64,000 bases of DNA from assembly GCA_951406725.2 (NCBI GenBank), contig OX597814.1, forward strand, positions 199,268,001 through 199,332,000, read 5' to 3'. Below are positions 62,762-64,000 of the stretch, in pieces (position 1 is the stretch's first letter; each line of letters begins with the position of its first letter). The notes below the pieces were generated by a model. The model did no database searches and had not been told where the DNA came from. It saw only the letters and a list, made by a program, of their open reading frames with translations. This stretch comes from Octopus vulgaris (lineage: Eukaryota). The position numbers and the translations under genes were made by a program.

Positions 62762-63123
62762 AGGTTCCGGGTTCAGTCCCACTGCGTGGCACCTTGGGCA
62801 AGTGTCTTCTACTATAGCCTCGGGCCGACCAAAGCCTTGTCAGTGGATTTGGTAGACGGAAACTGAAAGAAGCCCGTCGCATATATGTATATATACATGT
62901 ATATGTGTGTGTGTGTGTGTATGTTTGTGCGTCTGTTTGTCCACTAACATCGCTTGACAACCGATACTGGTGTGTTTACGTCCCTATAACTTAGCGGTTC
63001 GGCAAAAGATACCGATAGAATACGTACTAGGCTTACAAAGAATAAGTCCTGGGGTCGATTTACTCGACTAAAGACGATGTTCAAGCATGGCCAGAGTCAG
63101 ATAACTGAAGCAAGTAAAAGAGT
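62762..63123 (+). mobile_element. SINE family B, 5'-truncated
   Basis: Starts at GGTTCCGGGTTCAGTCCC; complete 3' half. Confidence 0.9.
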
Positions 63124-63532
63124 ACACGCACACACACACACACACACAATATATATATATGTTTATATATATTAGAGAAATAATTCAGAGGGTTCCTGAC
63201 ATGTATTTGAACAACAAATACAGAGGACAGTATATTAATTAACATACAATATAAATTCCTGATTTATTGAAATTATCTACGTTTTCTGAGAGATTATTAG
63301 CGCAATTCCCTGGTGGTAGTTTGTACCAATCCTAAATGAAAAGGGAAAATAATGTCAAGAATTATCCAAAAGCTAGAATTATCCAAAACTGACCGGCTAC
63401 TAATAAAAAAGACAGTCGGGTTGCCTGAAAACGAAGATACAACTGTGGTCTCGTGTTTCTATCTTAATGGAGGTTACGTGCACTGCAACTGTCCTATCTT
63501 CGGCAGACGAGACATTTAACCATATAAAAAGT

Positions 63533-63593
<61 letters not shown>

Positions 63594-63960
63594 ACATGTA
63601 GGGATACACGCAACACACTCTGATACATACATACACCTATGCAAACAGAAGGAAAGAAATATAGTCGGAGACATGAGTTACGAGTTAGGTGTTTCACCTG
63701 ATGTCTTGTGCTATGATTCACAATTACATTTGTATTCAAGATACCTTGTCAGTGAGTCTTATTTTCATATTTTCGATGCTTCTAAATTAAGTTAAATATA
63801 CACATTCATATTTATACAAATACATGCATACATATTTAAACACTGACACAGGTATGTGTCTATGTATACAGTTTCGTATGTGTGCATATGAGTGTGTGTG
63901 TGTGTGTATATCGTTGGCGATTTTTTCCCTCCGTCTTCCCTTCTTTGGATCTTACCTTAT

Positions 63961-63995
63961 GTTTCTGACGAAGAGCTCCACTCGAAACGTTATAT
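63961..63995 (+). ncRNA. Minimal hammerhead-like motif in a PLE-pLTR-like repeat at the window end
   Basis: GTTT-CTGACGA-A-GAG-CTCCA-CTC-GAAA-CG-TTA; stem I 3' strand degenerate. Confidence 0.5.
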
Positions 63996-64000
63996 CCTCC

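Overview
This is eukaryotic, AT-rich DNA dominated by repeats. The SINE families and heavy microsatellite load point to a coleoid cephalopod, most likely Octopus (inference). Almost all ORFs in the supplied track are artefacts of microsatellites or SINEs. The only credible host coding sequence is a probable first coding exon at 15310-15589 (MGSCASK..., ending at a phase-1 GTAAGT donor). A 52-nt exon at 15084-15135 could supply an alternative short N-terminus, and the rest of the window is probably one long intron. That intron holds four tRNA-derived SINE families (labelled A-D here, many with target-site duplications), decayed Penelope-like, CR1-group, R4/Dong-like and HERO-like retrotransposons, Tc1/mariner/pogo remnants, non-autonomous Helitrons and a full-length diverged U6 snRNA copy. 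The main unannotated signals are (1) several minimal type-I hammerhead ribozyme motifs in short, often (TA)n-flanked or fold-back Penelope-type elements, some with a CCGA core variant; (2) an R4/Dong-like element whose ends repeatedly abut (CATA)n; (3) fixed-junction dimeric SINEs; (4) phase-compatible alternative first exons. Everything was read by eye; repeat boundaries are approximate and no database searches were run.
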